DNA of 64,000 bases from Octopus vulgaris (lineage: Eukaryota). This document shows, one piece after another, positions 40,430 to 54,445 of this stretch. Positions within the stretch are counted from its first letter, which is position 1; every line of letters begins with the position of its first letter. The DNA is taken from assembly GCA_951406725.2 (NCBI GenBank), contig OX597818.1, positions 86,552,001-86,616,000 of the forward strand. Reading direction: 5' to 3'. The translations under genes were made by a program, and so were the position numbers. The notes below the pieces were generated by a model. The model saw only the letters and a program-made list of their open reading frames with translations. It was not told the DNA's origin and did no database searches.

Positions 40430-42100
40430 CACTACCGCCACCACCACTACCATCACCACCAGTACCATCACCACCACTACCATCACCACCACTACCATCA
40501 CCACCACTACCGTCACCACCACTACCATCACCACCACTACCATCACCACCACTACCATCACCACCACTACCGTCACCACCACTACCATCACCACCACTAC
40601 CATCCCCACCACTACCGTCACTACCACTACCATCAGCACCACTACCACCGCTATCACTACCATCATCACCACTACCACCGCTATCACTACCACCGCCATC
40701 AGCAGCACCACCGACACTATCACCAATACTGCCGCCACTAAAATCAGCAGCAACACCTCCACCATTACCAACATCAACATCAGCATCAGCAACAACAACA
40801 ACAACATGAATGCCATCAACAAAACAACACCGCTACCTTCCCCACCAATGCCACCACCATCATCATCAACGCTATCACATCACCATTACCACCATTACGA
40901 CCACTTCTAATCCACAACCACCACCACCATCGCCAAGACCACTAACACCATTACCACCACTTCTAACCACCACAACCACCACCACCATCGCTAACACCAC
41001 TAACACCATTACCACCACTTCTAATCCACAACCACCACCACCATCGCTAACACCATCACCACCATTACCACCACTTCTAATCCACAACCACCACCACCAT
41101 CGCTAACACCACTAACACCATTACCACCACTTCTAATCCACAACCACCACCACCATCGCTAACACCATCACCACCATTACCACCACTTCTAATCCACAAC
41201 CACCACCACCATCGCACCACTAACACCATTACCACCACTTCTAAGCCACAACCACCACCACCATCGCTAACACCATCACCACCATTACCACCACCACCAC
41301 TACCATCACCACCACTACCATCACCACCACTACCATCACCACCACTACCGTCACCACCACTACCATCACCACCACTACCATCACCACCACTACCATTACC
41401 ACCACTTCTAACCACAACCACCACCACCATCACCACCACTACCATCACCACCACTACCGTCACCACCACTACCATCACCACCACTACCGTCACCACCACT
41501 ACCATCACCACCACTACCATCACCAACACCACTAACACCATTACCACCACTTCTAAGCCACAACCACCACCACCATCACCAACACCACTAACACCATTAC
41601 CACCACTTCTAAGCCACAACCACCACCTCCATCACCAACACCACTAACACCATTACCGCCACTTCTAAGCCACAACCACCACCACCATCCCCAACACCAC
41701 TAACACCATTACCACCACTTCTAAGCCACAACCACCACCACCATCACCAACACCACTAACACCATTACCACCACTTCTAAGCCACAACCACCACCACCAT
41801 CACCAACACCACTAACACCATTACCGCCACTTCTAAGCCACAACCACCACCGCCATCACCAACACCACTAACACCATTACCACCACGTCTAAGCCACAAC
41901 CACCACCACCATCACCAACACCACTAACACCATTACCACCACTTCTAGGTCACAACCACCACCACCATCACCAACACCACTAACACCATTACCGCCACTT
42001 CTAAGCCACAACCACCACCACCATCACCAACACCACTAACACCATTACCACCACTTCTAGGTCACAACCACCACCACCATCACCACCACCACTAACACTA
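40430..42100. repeat. ACC-derived minisatellites (15-bp and 56-bp units)
   Basis: accaccactaccatc units; ttctaag recurs at 41551, 41607 and 41663 (56-bp period). Confidence 0.9.
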
Positions 42101-42359
42101 TTCTCAGCACTACCACCAGCATCAGAAACAACAATGTCGAAAATGACACCAAAGATGACAACAGCAACATTATCAACGACAACGACAATGACGACGACGA
42201 CGACGATGACGATACGGCGACAGCAGCAGCAGCAGCAACAACAACAACAACTCAACTGAGCAGAAGCAAATAATTTAATAACCCATCCTCTGGGTTGGTC
42301 GCCCGGATTGACGTTGTGCTGTGCTTAAGGTGGAATGTGGCGTCTGTATGTAAACACGC

Positions 42360-43350
42360 ATGAGTGTGTGTACCTGTATGTTTGTATGTGTGTATGTCTG
42401 TGTATATGTATGTATGTTACGTATGTCTGTGGTTATGTATGTGTGTATGTATGTGTGTATGTATGTTGTATGTATGTGTGTGAATGCATGTGTGTATATA
42501 TGTATGTTATGTATGTGTGTGGTTATGTATGTGTGTATGTGTGTATATGTATGTATATGTATGTGTGTATATATGTATGTATGTTATGTATGTGTGTGGT
42601 TATGTATGTGTGTATGTATGTGTGTATATGCATGTATATTATGTATGTGTGTGTATATGTATGAATGTTACGTATGTGTGTGGTTCTGTATGTGTGTATG
42701 TATGTATATGTATGTGTGTATGTATATGTGTGTATATGTATGTATATTATGTATGTGTGTGTATATGTATGTATGTTACGTATGTGTGTGTTCTGTGTGT
42801 ATGTATGTATATGTATGTGTGTATGTATATGTGTGTATATGTATGTATATTATGTATGTGTGTGTATATGTATGTATGTTACGTATGTGTGTGGTTTTGT
42901 ATGTGTGTATGTATGTATATGTATGTGTGTATGTATATGTGTGTATATGTATGTATATTATGTATGTGTGTATATGTGTGTGTATATGTATGTATATTAC
43001 GTATGTGTGTGGTTCTGTGTGTGTGTATGTATGTATATGTATGTGTGTATGTATATGTGTGTATATGTATGTATGTTATGTATGTGTGTGGTTCTGTATG
43101 TGTGTATGTATATGTGTGTATATGTATGTATGTTATGTATGTGGTATTGTATGTGTGTATGTATCTGTATGTATGTGTGTATGCATACATGTAAGTGTGT
43201 ATATATGTATGTACGTATGTATGTATGTATGTTTGTATGTGTATATATGTGTGCATGTATGTGTGTATATATATACATGTATATATGAATGGATGTATGC
43301 ACGTATGTATGAATGTATGTGTGTTCATAATATGTGTGTGTGTGTGTGAG
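42360..43350. repeat. (TG/TA) compound repeat with higher-order units
   Basis: Recurring gttatgtatgtgtgtggtt-type units. Confidence 0.9.
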
Positions 43351-44559
43351 ATCATTGTTGTTAGTATATCAACTGTTTAGTTAGTTTAGTGTCCATATTT
43401 ATTGTCAAAATACCGGGAAACATCAAAACAGAAAGTAAAAGCGGATATTAAGTAATTGTCTTGAAACATTTAATATCTAATTGGAACTGTCTAATTGCTA
43501 GTGTAATACACATGCTCCAATAACTCAAACAGTAAATGAGTGAAATGAATAAATAGAGTGGGAGGAGAAAATAAAGGATGATGATGATGATGGCAGCGAA
43601 AATCAGGACGGGATAAAATGTCTGCTTGTTTTGTATAAAAGCGAAATATGAAACGTACGAAGATAATGTCTTTTAATAAGAGACAGTGAGCTAGAAGGTA
43701 GGCTAATATTACAGGAGACAGATGAACATATAGGGACATATACATGCACATGTACATAAATACATACATGTACGTACATACACACAGATACAAAGTCACA
43801 TACACACATTTATCGTTTATGTGTATGTGTTTAAGCTTGTATACGTATGCATATATATATACATAGAGAGAGAAAGAGAGTAAGAGAGATGTATATATAT
43901 ATATATATGGGTCTGTGTATGTGTGTTTGTGCGTGCAAGCGTGCGTATATGTATTTATATAATGCAAGACACACACACACTCACACACAAAGTTTGTTTT
44001 TATATCGAGTCCGATGTAGGCTAGCAGGCAGGCCGAAACTTCGGCAATAAAGAAGAGCGAGGAAGCAGAACAGTTAGATAAATAAATATGGTATTAGTTA
44101 ACGCTTCAATATAAGAAAGTGCAAGTCGACATTTCGGACGTTAGTCTTTCATCAATGGGAACCAAAAGAAGAGACAAACACAGGGGAAGCGAAATAAATA
44201 TAGCATTTTTTTTTTTTAAAAAAGGGTTAAAAAAGAAGACTGCGAAAGCCTAGAAACCAGATGGAAATACTTTTCTACTATCGGCGACCATGAATACTAT
44301 CATAGATAGAATTTGCTTTGTGTTGTCTATACACATAGCGTGTTCTTCGCTCTTCTATCCTTAAACACTGCGAATCGATGAGGATGTGATCATTATATCG
44401 AGAGTACTGTGCTACAAAAATATTTAAAGTAGAAGGCAATTGTTTGTCATATTTTTTAAATTATATTCTACGACACGATGAAGGCTGGCAATATCCCCGG
44501 GAATTCCAGCCTTCCGGCACTAAAGCCGATGTTTCTACCTCCGCTTTTGCTGAATTCAA

Positions 44560-44760
44560 ATTTATCTTTTATCTTTTATCGCTTTCTTCAGACATTGCAC
44601 TGCGACCATGCTGGGGCACTACCTCGAAGGGTTTAGTGGAACAAATCGACCCCAGTACTTATTGTTCTTTTAAGTCTGGTATTCATTTATCCAGTTTCTT
44701 GTGCCGAACCGGTAGGTTACGTGAACGCAAGCAAACTAACACCAATTAAGAGGTGGTGAG
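44560..44760 (-). mobile_element. SINE group A, old 3' part
   Basis: Diverged match. Confidence 0.6.
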
Positions 44761-44946
44761 GTACACACAAGTACGCACCAGTTGTCAGCTGAACTTGGAG
44801 TTAAAATACATACACGAAGACACACGCACGCACACACATACACAGACGAAGTTACACACGCACACATATGTGTGTGAATATTTATATTAGTATGTATGTG
44901 TGTTTGTATGTATGTATCTATATCTATCTATCTATCTATCTATTTA

Positions 44947-44984
<38 letters not shown>

Positions 44985-45177
44985 AATTGAACCACAAAAG
45001 AAACGTCGCACACATACTAAATAGAAACCAGTTTATTAACAGACTGCCATAGTATTGATTGATGAGTGCTAATTAAGAAACCCTTCTTTCGCTAATGATA
45101 AAACGTCAATTCCTGAAACATGTCTGACGTCACATGATGTCACGTGATGACAGTGTCCTGGATCCAAAGAGATGAAC

Positions 45178-46423
45178 TTAATATCTCGTGTAACAACCGT
45201 TAGCTTTGATTACCGCCAGGCATCTTCTGTACATTGAACGCACCAAAAGATTGATGAAGGACATGAGGACAGTAGCCCACACTCTGTTAAAACTTGCAGT
45301 GAGTTGTACCGCAGTTGTCGGCTTTGGACGGATGTCATTTTGCCTTCTTTGTATTTCGTCCAACAGGTGCTCTAAGGCAGTGGTTTTCAACCAGGGTTCC
45401 GCCAGTACAGTCCAGGGGTTCCGCAAGAAGTTACAAAACTGCTAAAATTGGCAGTAATTTTTAATTCTCCTGTGCAGATATGTGTGTATAAGACTATTAA
45501 ATTATTGCACAGGGGTTCCTCGAGCCAGTGGAATGTTTCCTTGGGGTTCCGCTCCAGCAAAAAGTTTGAAAAGCACTGCTCTAAGGGATTCAAGTCCGGA
45601 CTTAGGGCAGATCATAGCAGTGTCTGGATGTTGTGCTGTTGGAAGAAGTCTTTTGTCAACCTGGTAGAATGGACACGAGTATTGTCGTGTTGGAACACGT
45701 GATTCCGATGACGGGCAAAATATGACAATGTGAGGTCTCAACACTTGGTCGATGTAGCGAGCGGCGGTTACTCCATTGCCCCGGCCTTGTCCGATATTTT
45801 AGAAGTCCACTAGTCCAAGTTTCCGGTTGAGTTTAATCCCACCTCATGCGATGATGTTCTACCATCACCATGAGTCTCTCTCCATCACACAGCCATCGGC
45901 ATGGCGTTCACCCCTTCTTCTCCAAGACCTAGCTCTGCCATCTTCCTCAGAAATACAATATCGACTTTCGTCAGAGAAGACTATAGTCCTTCACGGCTGA
46001 TATCGCCAGTTCTGACGTTTTTGAGCCCACTGCAGACATACCCGTCGATGACAATTTGTGATGATCGAGCCCCTAGCTGGACGTCAACAAGACAGATTGA
46101 AACATCTCAGCCGGCGGTGAACTGTCTCTGCACAAATGGGTGTGTAGTGAGTTCCATATGGTCTGCCTAACTGATTCCGTTGCCCTCTGGAATCGATCTT
46201 GCAAGTGCTGTCGGTGCAGGTAACGGTCTTGACGTGCTATTGTAACCCTCGGTCACCCACTGCGTGGACGATCATCCTTGCTGTTTGTGGCATTGTATCT
46301 TTTCCTCAACCGCTCAATTGTCCGAATACTGCAGTTCAAGTTATTAACAAGGACCCATGGGCGGTGAATAGCATGGAGACGTCTGATGGCTTGCCCCGAC
46401 TGATTTCGTGTCAGTCTAGGCAT
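45178..46423 (-). pseudogene. Tc1 DD34E transposase pseudogene
   Basis: MPRLTRNQ...DRPRSG (HTH), VFSDESR, FQHDN-34 aa-SPDLNPLE, C-terminal GCYTRY*; stops, frameshifts and a MITE insertion. Confidence 0.9.
45378..45578. mobile_element. hAT (Charlie-type) MITE, 201 bp
   Basis: TIRs cagtggttttcaacc / agtttgaaaagcactg; perfect 8-bp TSD ctctaagg (45370-45377 and 45579-45586). Confidence 0.92.
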
Positions 46424-46732
46424 GCTGGCTACGTTCGGGAAACGAACGACAAGCTGGTAAATTTGGGTGCCTCTTATACCCAACGACTCAACATTTTGCC
46501 AGTGCATCATGCTTTTCATAAAGATGCGTTATTGAACATTACTATGTTCATGAAAAGTGAGCGAGTTCGGGCCCTACATGCAATCCTTGTGCTTTCAAAA
46601 GAGAGTGGTGTTGTGGGTCAGTGACATCTTCCTGATGTTAAATTACCTAGAATGTGATAAAATACCTATAATCTCAATATCGTGTGTGAAATAGATAATC
46701 TTTCACAGTGCGACGTTTCTTTTGTAGTTCAG

Positions 46733-46847
<115 letters not shown>

Positions 46848-46949
46848 GTGAAGACATTGTTTATATATAAGAGCAAGCGTACTTGTGTAGTAAGAGGCTT
46901 GATCCCGGGTTCAGTCCCACTGCGTGGCACCTCCATCCGACCGAAGCTT

Positions 46950-47452
46950 CTGGTCTTAACTGAATGGAAGTGTTATGTACATTGTTTTGTCTTGGTATAA
47001 AAGAAGGAGCTACAACAAATATTCTGCTCAATACCACAGATTTGCTTGTCAGTTGCTTGACCTTAACATTCTGAACATGTCCCTTAGTGGCTGATGATAT
47101 CTGCATCCCTGATCTTGAGCACAGCTAGTCGTGGAGCAACATAGCTATATGTTGAGAGGAATTCTTTGGGGTTTGAATAATTCACCTCTGGAAACATTGG
47201 TGTTTCGTTCAACATCCTTAAACGACCCTTATTGAGGGACCTTTTCAGTGGGATGGGCTATTCGACCTAAAGAAACTGGGCCCCACCTGCAAGGTCATGC
47301 GCTGTTTATCTTGAAATGAGATCACCATGTCGCACACATATGGTTGTGATGCATGTGTCAGGTGTACCCTTGTCAGATGGGCTGTCATGATGGGTATACA
47401 GGGTTTCGTATATTTTATCCCTGTGTCAATTTGATGGTATGTACTGCTCTCT
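46950..47452. repeat. Unclassified interspersed repeat
   Basis: 47005-47095 is homologous in inverted orientation to ~22860-22940. Confidence 0.55.
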
Positions 47453-47453
47453 C

Positions 47454-47945
<492 letters not shown>

Positions 47946-48538
47946 TCTAATGCTTGAAAATAATGTAATAAAATTGTTTCTTAACAGCAGTGCATTTTGG
48001 AAAAAAAAAGACAATCTTGTTCAGTAAATTGTTTTCTGACAACTCATTTAAGTCGAGGATTTCCTGTAGTGTGTTAGTTCTATATAGGATAGGTTCTTAC
48101 ATGAGGTATGAGGACTGGTGTAATTGATCAGATAACAGCATGTTTAATATTCTACACACCAATTGTCTCTTTATTGCTAATTAAAATGACAATCAGTTGA
48201 AAATGTGCCTCATTTTACACACTGCTAACGTTTCACAGCAAACTACTTTGAACAGCAACTTATTTCACCGAATTAAATATGTCTGTTTAAAACTCTCTCT
48301 GTCTCTCTGTCTCTCTGTCTCTCTCTTAGCATATATTTAATTGCTTCTGCATGCGCCAGTGTAGGTGGATGAAAATATGTGCGTAAGCGAAAATATATGG
48401 CTTTTATATAAATATGTAATTTATACACTCCGTGTATTATAATCATTTTGCGTGTACTGGTGTGTGCTTGTGTATCCGCTGAAAATATATGAAATTTGAA
48501 ATGTGAGTACAGGCATATCTATATCTATATCTATCTAC

Positions 48539-48635
<97 letters not shown>

Positions 48636-48829
48636 GAAAATAGACAGCAGTTTGCAAAGTTTTACCAAAAAGGAAAACTATAATATGTCACTAAATGCGA
48701 CTAGGGTGTTATAAATACTTATATTGCTAGAAATAAGAACTGAAATGCTCTAATGCTGTAGTCAAACACATAATTATGTACATATACACAGACAAAGACT
48801 ATAATCGTCCGAAAACACCGTTCTGGAAT

Positions 48830-48880
48830 TCCTTATACTGAATTCAGTTTCGGCAACCTCCGTTGCTTCATCAGTAAGGA
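48830..48880 (-). ncRNA. Type-I hammerhead ribozyme
   Basis: UCCUUA-CUGAUGA-A-GCAAC-GGAG-GUUGC-C-GAAA-CUGAAUUCAG-UA-UAAGGA; perfect 6-bp stem I, 5-bp stem II, palindromic stem III. Confidence 0.85.
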
Positions 48881-49567
48881 CTCTTCGGTAGATATCGGAC
48901 TTAATTCACTGTCTGTATATAAGTTTTCATCATACAAATCCATTGATGATTTAGCGAATCGCTAATGTGTATACATAAGCTTAAAATAGACAGAAGTTTA
49001 TAATATAATCGATTGAGGAAACAGGAGATGGATTTGCTATTAGTCTTTACTTCGTACGACGATCGTTTAGACCCATCCTACGACTGTCCTTTATGAGTGA
49101 AATGTTGTACATCATATTGTGTTGCATCAGTTTTGCAGTCTGGGTCACGTCAGGTACATGCATACAGAATGTAGTGTCCCGCTAAAAATACTAAGTCCAG
49201 GATGTCATGTTGGTATTTTCCACTTTATTAAAGAATGGGGCTTTACTACAATTCTCCTTGTGTTAAATAAACACATCAAATAATTGTAAATATAAATATA
49301 AATGTATAAACTGTAGAAAAGAAAAGAAAATATACAAGAGAAAGTATATAGGAAAGAAATATAGATAGGGTGAAACTTGTTAAAGAAAGATTAGATTGCA
49401 TTGAGTTTAAAGAGAGTCAGGGGTGCTACTACACTTGCTACTACACTAAAATGGGGAATATGTAAAGGCACACACACACATATGCATGTATGCATGTATA
49501 TATATTTACTCACTCGCACGCGCGCGCGCGCACAAACGCACATATATATATATATATATATATATAG

Positions 49568-49577
<10 letters not shown>

Positions 49578-49612
<35 letters not shown>

Positions 49613-49764
49613 GAGGAGGAGGAGGAGGAGAAGAAGAAGGAGGAGGAGGAGGAGGAGGAGGAGGAGGAGGGGGAGAAGAAGAAGAAGAAGAAGAAGAAGA
49701 AGAAGAAGAAGAAGAAGAAGAAGAAGAAGAAGAAGAAGAAGAAGAAGAAGAAGAAGAAGAAGAA
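49578..49764. repeat. (GA)n(GGA)n(GAA)n polypurine tract
   Basis: Direct inspection. Confidence 0.95.
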
Positions 49765-50029
49765 TCTGGTGTTGCTGGGGTGCCAAAAATGTACAAACAT
49801 TCTGTGTTAAACTTACTTTGCTTAACTTACAGTTTATGGATGTGGTAGTTTTATTCTCTTTTGTTCTGTTTTTCGTAATTCTACGCTGTTGGGTAACACA
49901 TGAAGCAGGTTCTGAATCAATTGAAAGAGCGATTCCAAACTAAAAATCTGTTTCATTCAAGCGCCCAAGGATAATCAAAACTGTACTGTCTGAATTCGAG
50001 GTAATTCTATTTGTTGCTATGATGAAACA

Positions 50030-50850
50030 ATGAGAATAAGATGTTACAGCGCATCACTGAAAAATAACCTCATTTTCCTGGATACTAACCCTCAAGTCAA
50101 TTCATTTTAAAAGTTGTAATTGCGGTTGTGATGAAGGCTTGTGGGGTTTTTCACCATGTGATTTAAAGGAACACTTTCATCAGTATCCTATAGCTCAATA
50201 TAATTTCTCTGAATCTAAGCTTATAGGTAGTCGACAGCCTTCTTTTAGCGAAATTATTCTTAACGGGATGGATGTTAATAGTGACTACTGCTTCTCCTTC
50301 CATCCTTTTGTGTATCAGTGTGATCATACAGACTCGGAAGATATTTAACAATACAGGTGTTAGCATGTCGCCCTACCTAAAACTTGTTATTAAACTGAAG
50401 AGCTCAGACTTTTGTCTTAAGCAACAACTTGAGTCATCCTTTTGTGTGAAAGGGAGGAAGGAGGTTCACGAATTTCAGCGCGTTGTCAAATTTTATGACA
50501 CCAATTTGTAAACCTCCTTTTTATTTAAAATCTAATGTTTTTGATAAATACAAAGATGCATCAAACGGTTCCTGATATCGCTCCTTGCATTTATCCTGAA
50601 ACTGCTGGTAACAAATACCTAATCGACTGCACCGTGGTCCCCACAGGTATTACACTGTGATTCTCAAGTTTCACAACGTTGCTGATTTTTCTGATACTGA
50701 CAGGACCGATCTTTGAACATGATTCTGGCAAGGTTTTTCAAAGTAATGTACAGAAGTACCTCTAAAGCTTTCAGTCTGGCCGCTAGTAGATGACAGGAGT
50801 CCTCTGTGCATAAGATTTAAAAACATCCTCGTTGTACTTGAGTTCTCACC
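50030..50850 (-). pseudogene. Old LINE (RTE-like) reverse transcriptase fragment
   Basis: Decayed motifs in correct order: ESQCNTCGDHGAVD (ESQCGFR..RGT.D), YLSKTLD (DL.KAFD), FR*GDMLTPVLLNIF (RQG..L.P.LFNIF). Confidence 0.6.
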
Positions 50851-50866
50851 GAACCAGAATTAATAA

Positions 50867-51271
50867 GGTGGCGAGCTGGCAGAAACGTTAGCATGCCGGG
50901 CGAAATGCTTAGCGGTATTTCGTCTGCCGCTACGTTCTGAGTTCAAATTCCGCCGAGGTCGACTATGTCTTTCATCATTTCGGGGTCGATTAAATAAGTA
51001 CCAGTTACGCACTGGGGTCGATATAATCGACTTAATCCGTTTGTCTGTCCTTGTTTGTCCTGTATGTGTTTAGCCCCTTGTGGGTAGTAAAGAAATAGGT
51101 ATTTCGTCTGCCGCTACGTTCTGAGTTCAAATTCCGCCGAGGTCGACTATGCCTTTCATCATTTCGGGGTCGATTAAATAAGTACCAGTTACGCACTGGG
51201 GTCGATGTAACCGACTTAATGTTCTTCTTTGTCCCATCGATGTTTAACCCCCTGTGAACAATAAAGAAATA
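50867..51271 (+). mobile_element. SINE group B dimer with TSD
   Basis: TSD agaattaata at 50856-50865 and 51272-51281. Confidence 0.9.
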
Positions 51272-51550
51272 AGAATTAATATTTGTAGTAATTTTTTAGT
51301 CCTGAATCCGATGGTTTCGTTAGTAACATACTAGTGCTGAGTGCTTCTAAGGCGTTCAGTCTGACAGTTAGTAAGTGATAGGACTCCTGATAAACATCGA
51401 CATCACAGGCACTGAACCCCTTGGTATTTGGTGCTCTTGAACATCGTAAGGAACAAGCAATCTAACATTTATTTAACACTCTTCTCGCGACCCGCAGTGT
51501 AACCCTTGTCTAACATCTCCTCCGCCTATTTTATTGTGCGGATGAGTGTG

Positions 51551-51782
51551 AAGGCCTGTAGCTTAGCTGTTAGGGTATTCAACTCACGATTGTAATGTCG
51601 TGAGTTCGATAGCAGATGGTGCACTGTGTCCTTGGGCGAGACACTTTATTTCAAGTTGCTCCGGTCCACTCAGTCGACAAAAATGACTAGTGTCTGTATT
51701 TCAAAGGACCAGCCTTGTTACATTCTGTGTCGCGTTGAAACTCCTTGGGAACTACTTTAAGGGTTCATCTCACGAGCAGGCT
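51551..51782 (+). mobile_element. SINE group C, tail type 3, old
   Basis: Homologous to the reverse complement of 57648-57969. Confidence 0.75.
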
Positions 51783-51791
51783 ATATATGTG

Positions 51792-51840
<49 letters not shown>

Positions 51841-51872
51841 ATATTTTTATTTATTACATATATATATAATAT

Positions 51873-51904
<32 letters not shown>

Positions 51905-52094
51905 GCATATTTTTATTTATTACATATATATATATATATATATATATATCTACATATCTCACATCTATTTCTTCTCCATCACTATTTTGTATCCTATAAA
52001 TTAACTATTACTTATCCTCTCACACGTCTTCGATGAGGATATAATGAATATCCTGAATAGCTGTAAGTATATATATATATCTACACAGCTTTTT

Positions 52095-52125
<31 letters not shown>

Positions 52126-52220
52126 CATCTACATATTTCACATCTATTGTCTTTCCTCCACCTCACTCTCTATTTTGTATCCTATCTAAATTAACTATTA
52201 CTTAACCATCCTCTCACACC

Positions 52221-52273
52221 GTCTTCGATGAAGGGATATAATGAATAAATATCTTCGGAAACAGCTGTAAGAC
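52221..52273 (+). ncRNA. Hammerhead-like motif (UCGAUGA variant) in a Penelope-like module 52125-52340
   Basis: GUCU-UCGAUGA-AGGGAUAU...AUAUCUUCG-GAAA-CAGCUG-UA-AGAC; same family as 60720-60767. Confidence 0.55.
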
Positions 52274-52337
52274 CTTCTATCTATAAATGTTCTAATATCT
52301 GCACAGCCTTGTTTTTTTATCTCATTACGCAAAAATT

Positions 52338-52370
<33 letters not shown>

Positions 52371-53854
52371 AGAGAGAGATGAAAAAATGTACTCAGTGAG
52401 CTCACCACAGTCCCGTTGCCTTTAATGTTTTTCTGTCCCTTATTAGATACTGAACAGTATCTAAATGCTCTTACCCTGTTTATGTCTCGTCTGAAACTGC
52501 TCCTTTCTATGTTTCCGCCACCTCCTTCGTTCTATTTACTTTCACCTGTCTTCACCAAACACTAAGTAAACCTTTGAGAAACTATTTGAAGGTGCTTTAA
52601 TGGCAGTAGTGGTGGTGCTGCTGGCGTTGGTGTTCTTGTAATGATGGTTGGTTATAAAACTAACAAATCAACAGAGAGAGAGACAGAGTTGCTGTATTGG
52701 GATGAGGTAGGGGAGAGGGGAGGGACGAGAAAACACACCAGCAAGCTATAACAACACTGCAGTACATAGAAGTTATCAAACCATAAAATGTTCGCTTCCT
52801 TTTATTACTTCAGAATATTTATATACGGAGGAGTTAAGCTAGAGCACTAAACCCACCCATTAGTGCTAGACATATAGATTTAACGCCAGTTCTGCACTTT
52901 TTCTTTGTATGGTTTCAAATAAACGCTGTCAAATAGTTTGTTTCAACCCTTTTAGGATTCAATTAGAACACTCTTGAAGGGGTCATAAGACTTGTTATAG
53001 TGTAATCTGTGATGTTATGTTGTTATTGCTTAGCGTTTTATTTTTATTTTATTTTATATATTTTATATTTTTTTCGAACCGCTTTCGAAGCTGTCCGCCA
53101 TTACTGAACTGTTAGACATTGCAACAAATCATTAATGGATTTCATAGAAAACTAATTTTACACTCGTATATTGGTCAGAATACAACGAGTATACCTGAAC
53201 AAAAGACGCTTTTTCTCTTAGTGTATCTGTCCTCTATTATATCATGTTGTTAGAATCTGGCGATCAGCACGTTTAACGATCGATCTTATAAATAAAGACG
53301 AATAAAAAGGAGTAAAATAGAATCCACTTAGATTTCGACTTTATGGATGCCAGAAATACATTTTGACTTAAACAAGTTGTGACAATTATAGTCAACATTC
53401 CGTTGCCTGTCTCCGTTCTATTGTCTCCTGATAACTTAAGAATTAATAATTGTTATTTCATGGGTATTAGAATCTTCCAGTGTTTACTGAGGGTATCTGA
53501 GCAACCTTCAACAGCACTAATGAAATAGAATGAAATAATATAAAATAAAACCATTCAAAAGCTTAAATCTCTTGAAGGTATTTCAAACGATTTACATTCC
53601 GTATTAATAAAGGGAAAGAAGCGAAAGTTTGTGTTGGCTCTTGTAGTATCTAATGCTAAAGTTTCTCCTTCTATGTCCGTTTTCTTTGTCACTTTTACAT
53701 TTTGGGAAAATGGCACAACCGATTGACCAATGTCTAGTAGTTAAAAGGGTTTTGAATTTAAGTCTTCTATAAAAGTTTCTTCGTACATTTGGACATCAAA
53801 TGTGTGTGTGTATGGATGTATGAATATATCTATATATCTATATTTATCTATCTA

Positions 53855-53945
<91 letters not shown>

Positions 53946-53952
53946 ATATATA

Positions 53953-53987
<35 letters not shown>

Positions 53988-54040
53988 CATGTATGTATGT
54001 ATGTGTCTGTATATATATATATATATATATGTATATATAA

Positions 54041-54445
54041 GGCGCAGAAGTGGGTGTGTGGTAAGAAGCTTCCTTCCCAACCACATGGTTCTGGGTTCAG
54101 TCCCACTGCGTAACACCTCGGGCAAATGTCTTCTACTGTAGCCTTGGCCAACCAAAGACTTGTGAGTGGATTTGATAGACTGAAACTGAAAGAAACCCGT
54201 CGTGTACATATGTGTGTGCGTGTGTGTGTGTGTATGTATGTATGTATGTATGTATGTATGTATGTATGTATGTATGTACTTCTGTGTCTGTGTTTGTCAC
54301 CCCACCATCACTTGACAACCGATCATAGTGTGTTTACGTTCCCGTAACTTAGCGGTTCGGTAAAAGAGTCCAATAGAATAAGTACTAGGCTTACAAAGAA
54401 TGGTTGGGAAGTAAACTTCTTACCACACAGCCACTCCAGCGCCTA
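54041..54445 (+). mobile_element. SINE group A fused to an inverted 5' head fragment (54401-54445)
   Basis: Multi-copy identity; terminal segment is the reverse complement of the head. Confidence 0.85.

Noticed and set aside
40366-40809. Extensin/proline-rich protein-like ORF (SPPLP repeats)
   Set aside because: A 15-bp ACC-derived repeat continuous with a 56-bp out-of-frame minisatellite
41520-42095. CRISPR-like periodic array
   Set aside because: Units are fully repeated with no unique spacers; no cas genes; eukaryotic context
44476-44515. CGAUGA followed by hairpin gaaggctgg/ccagccttc
   Set aside because: No downstream GAAA...UH; only a hairpin
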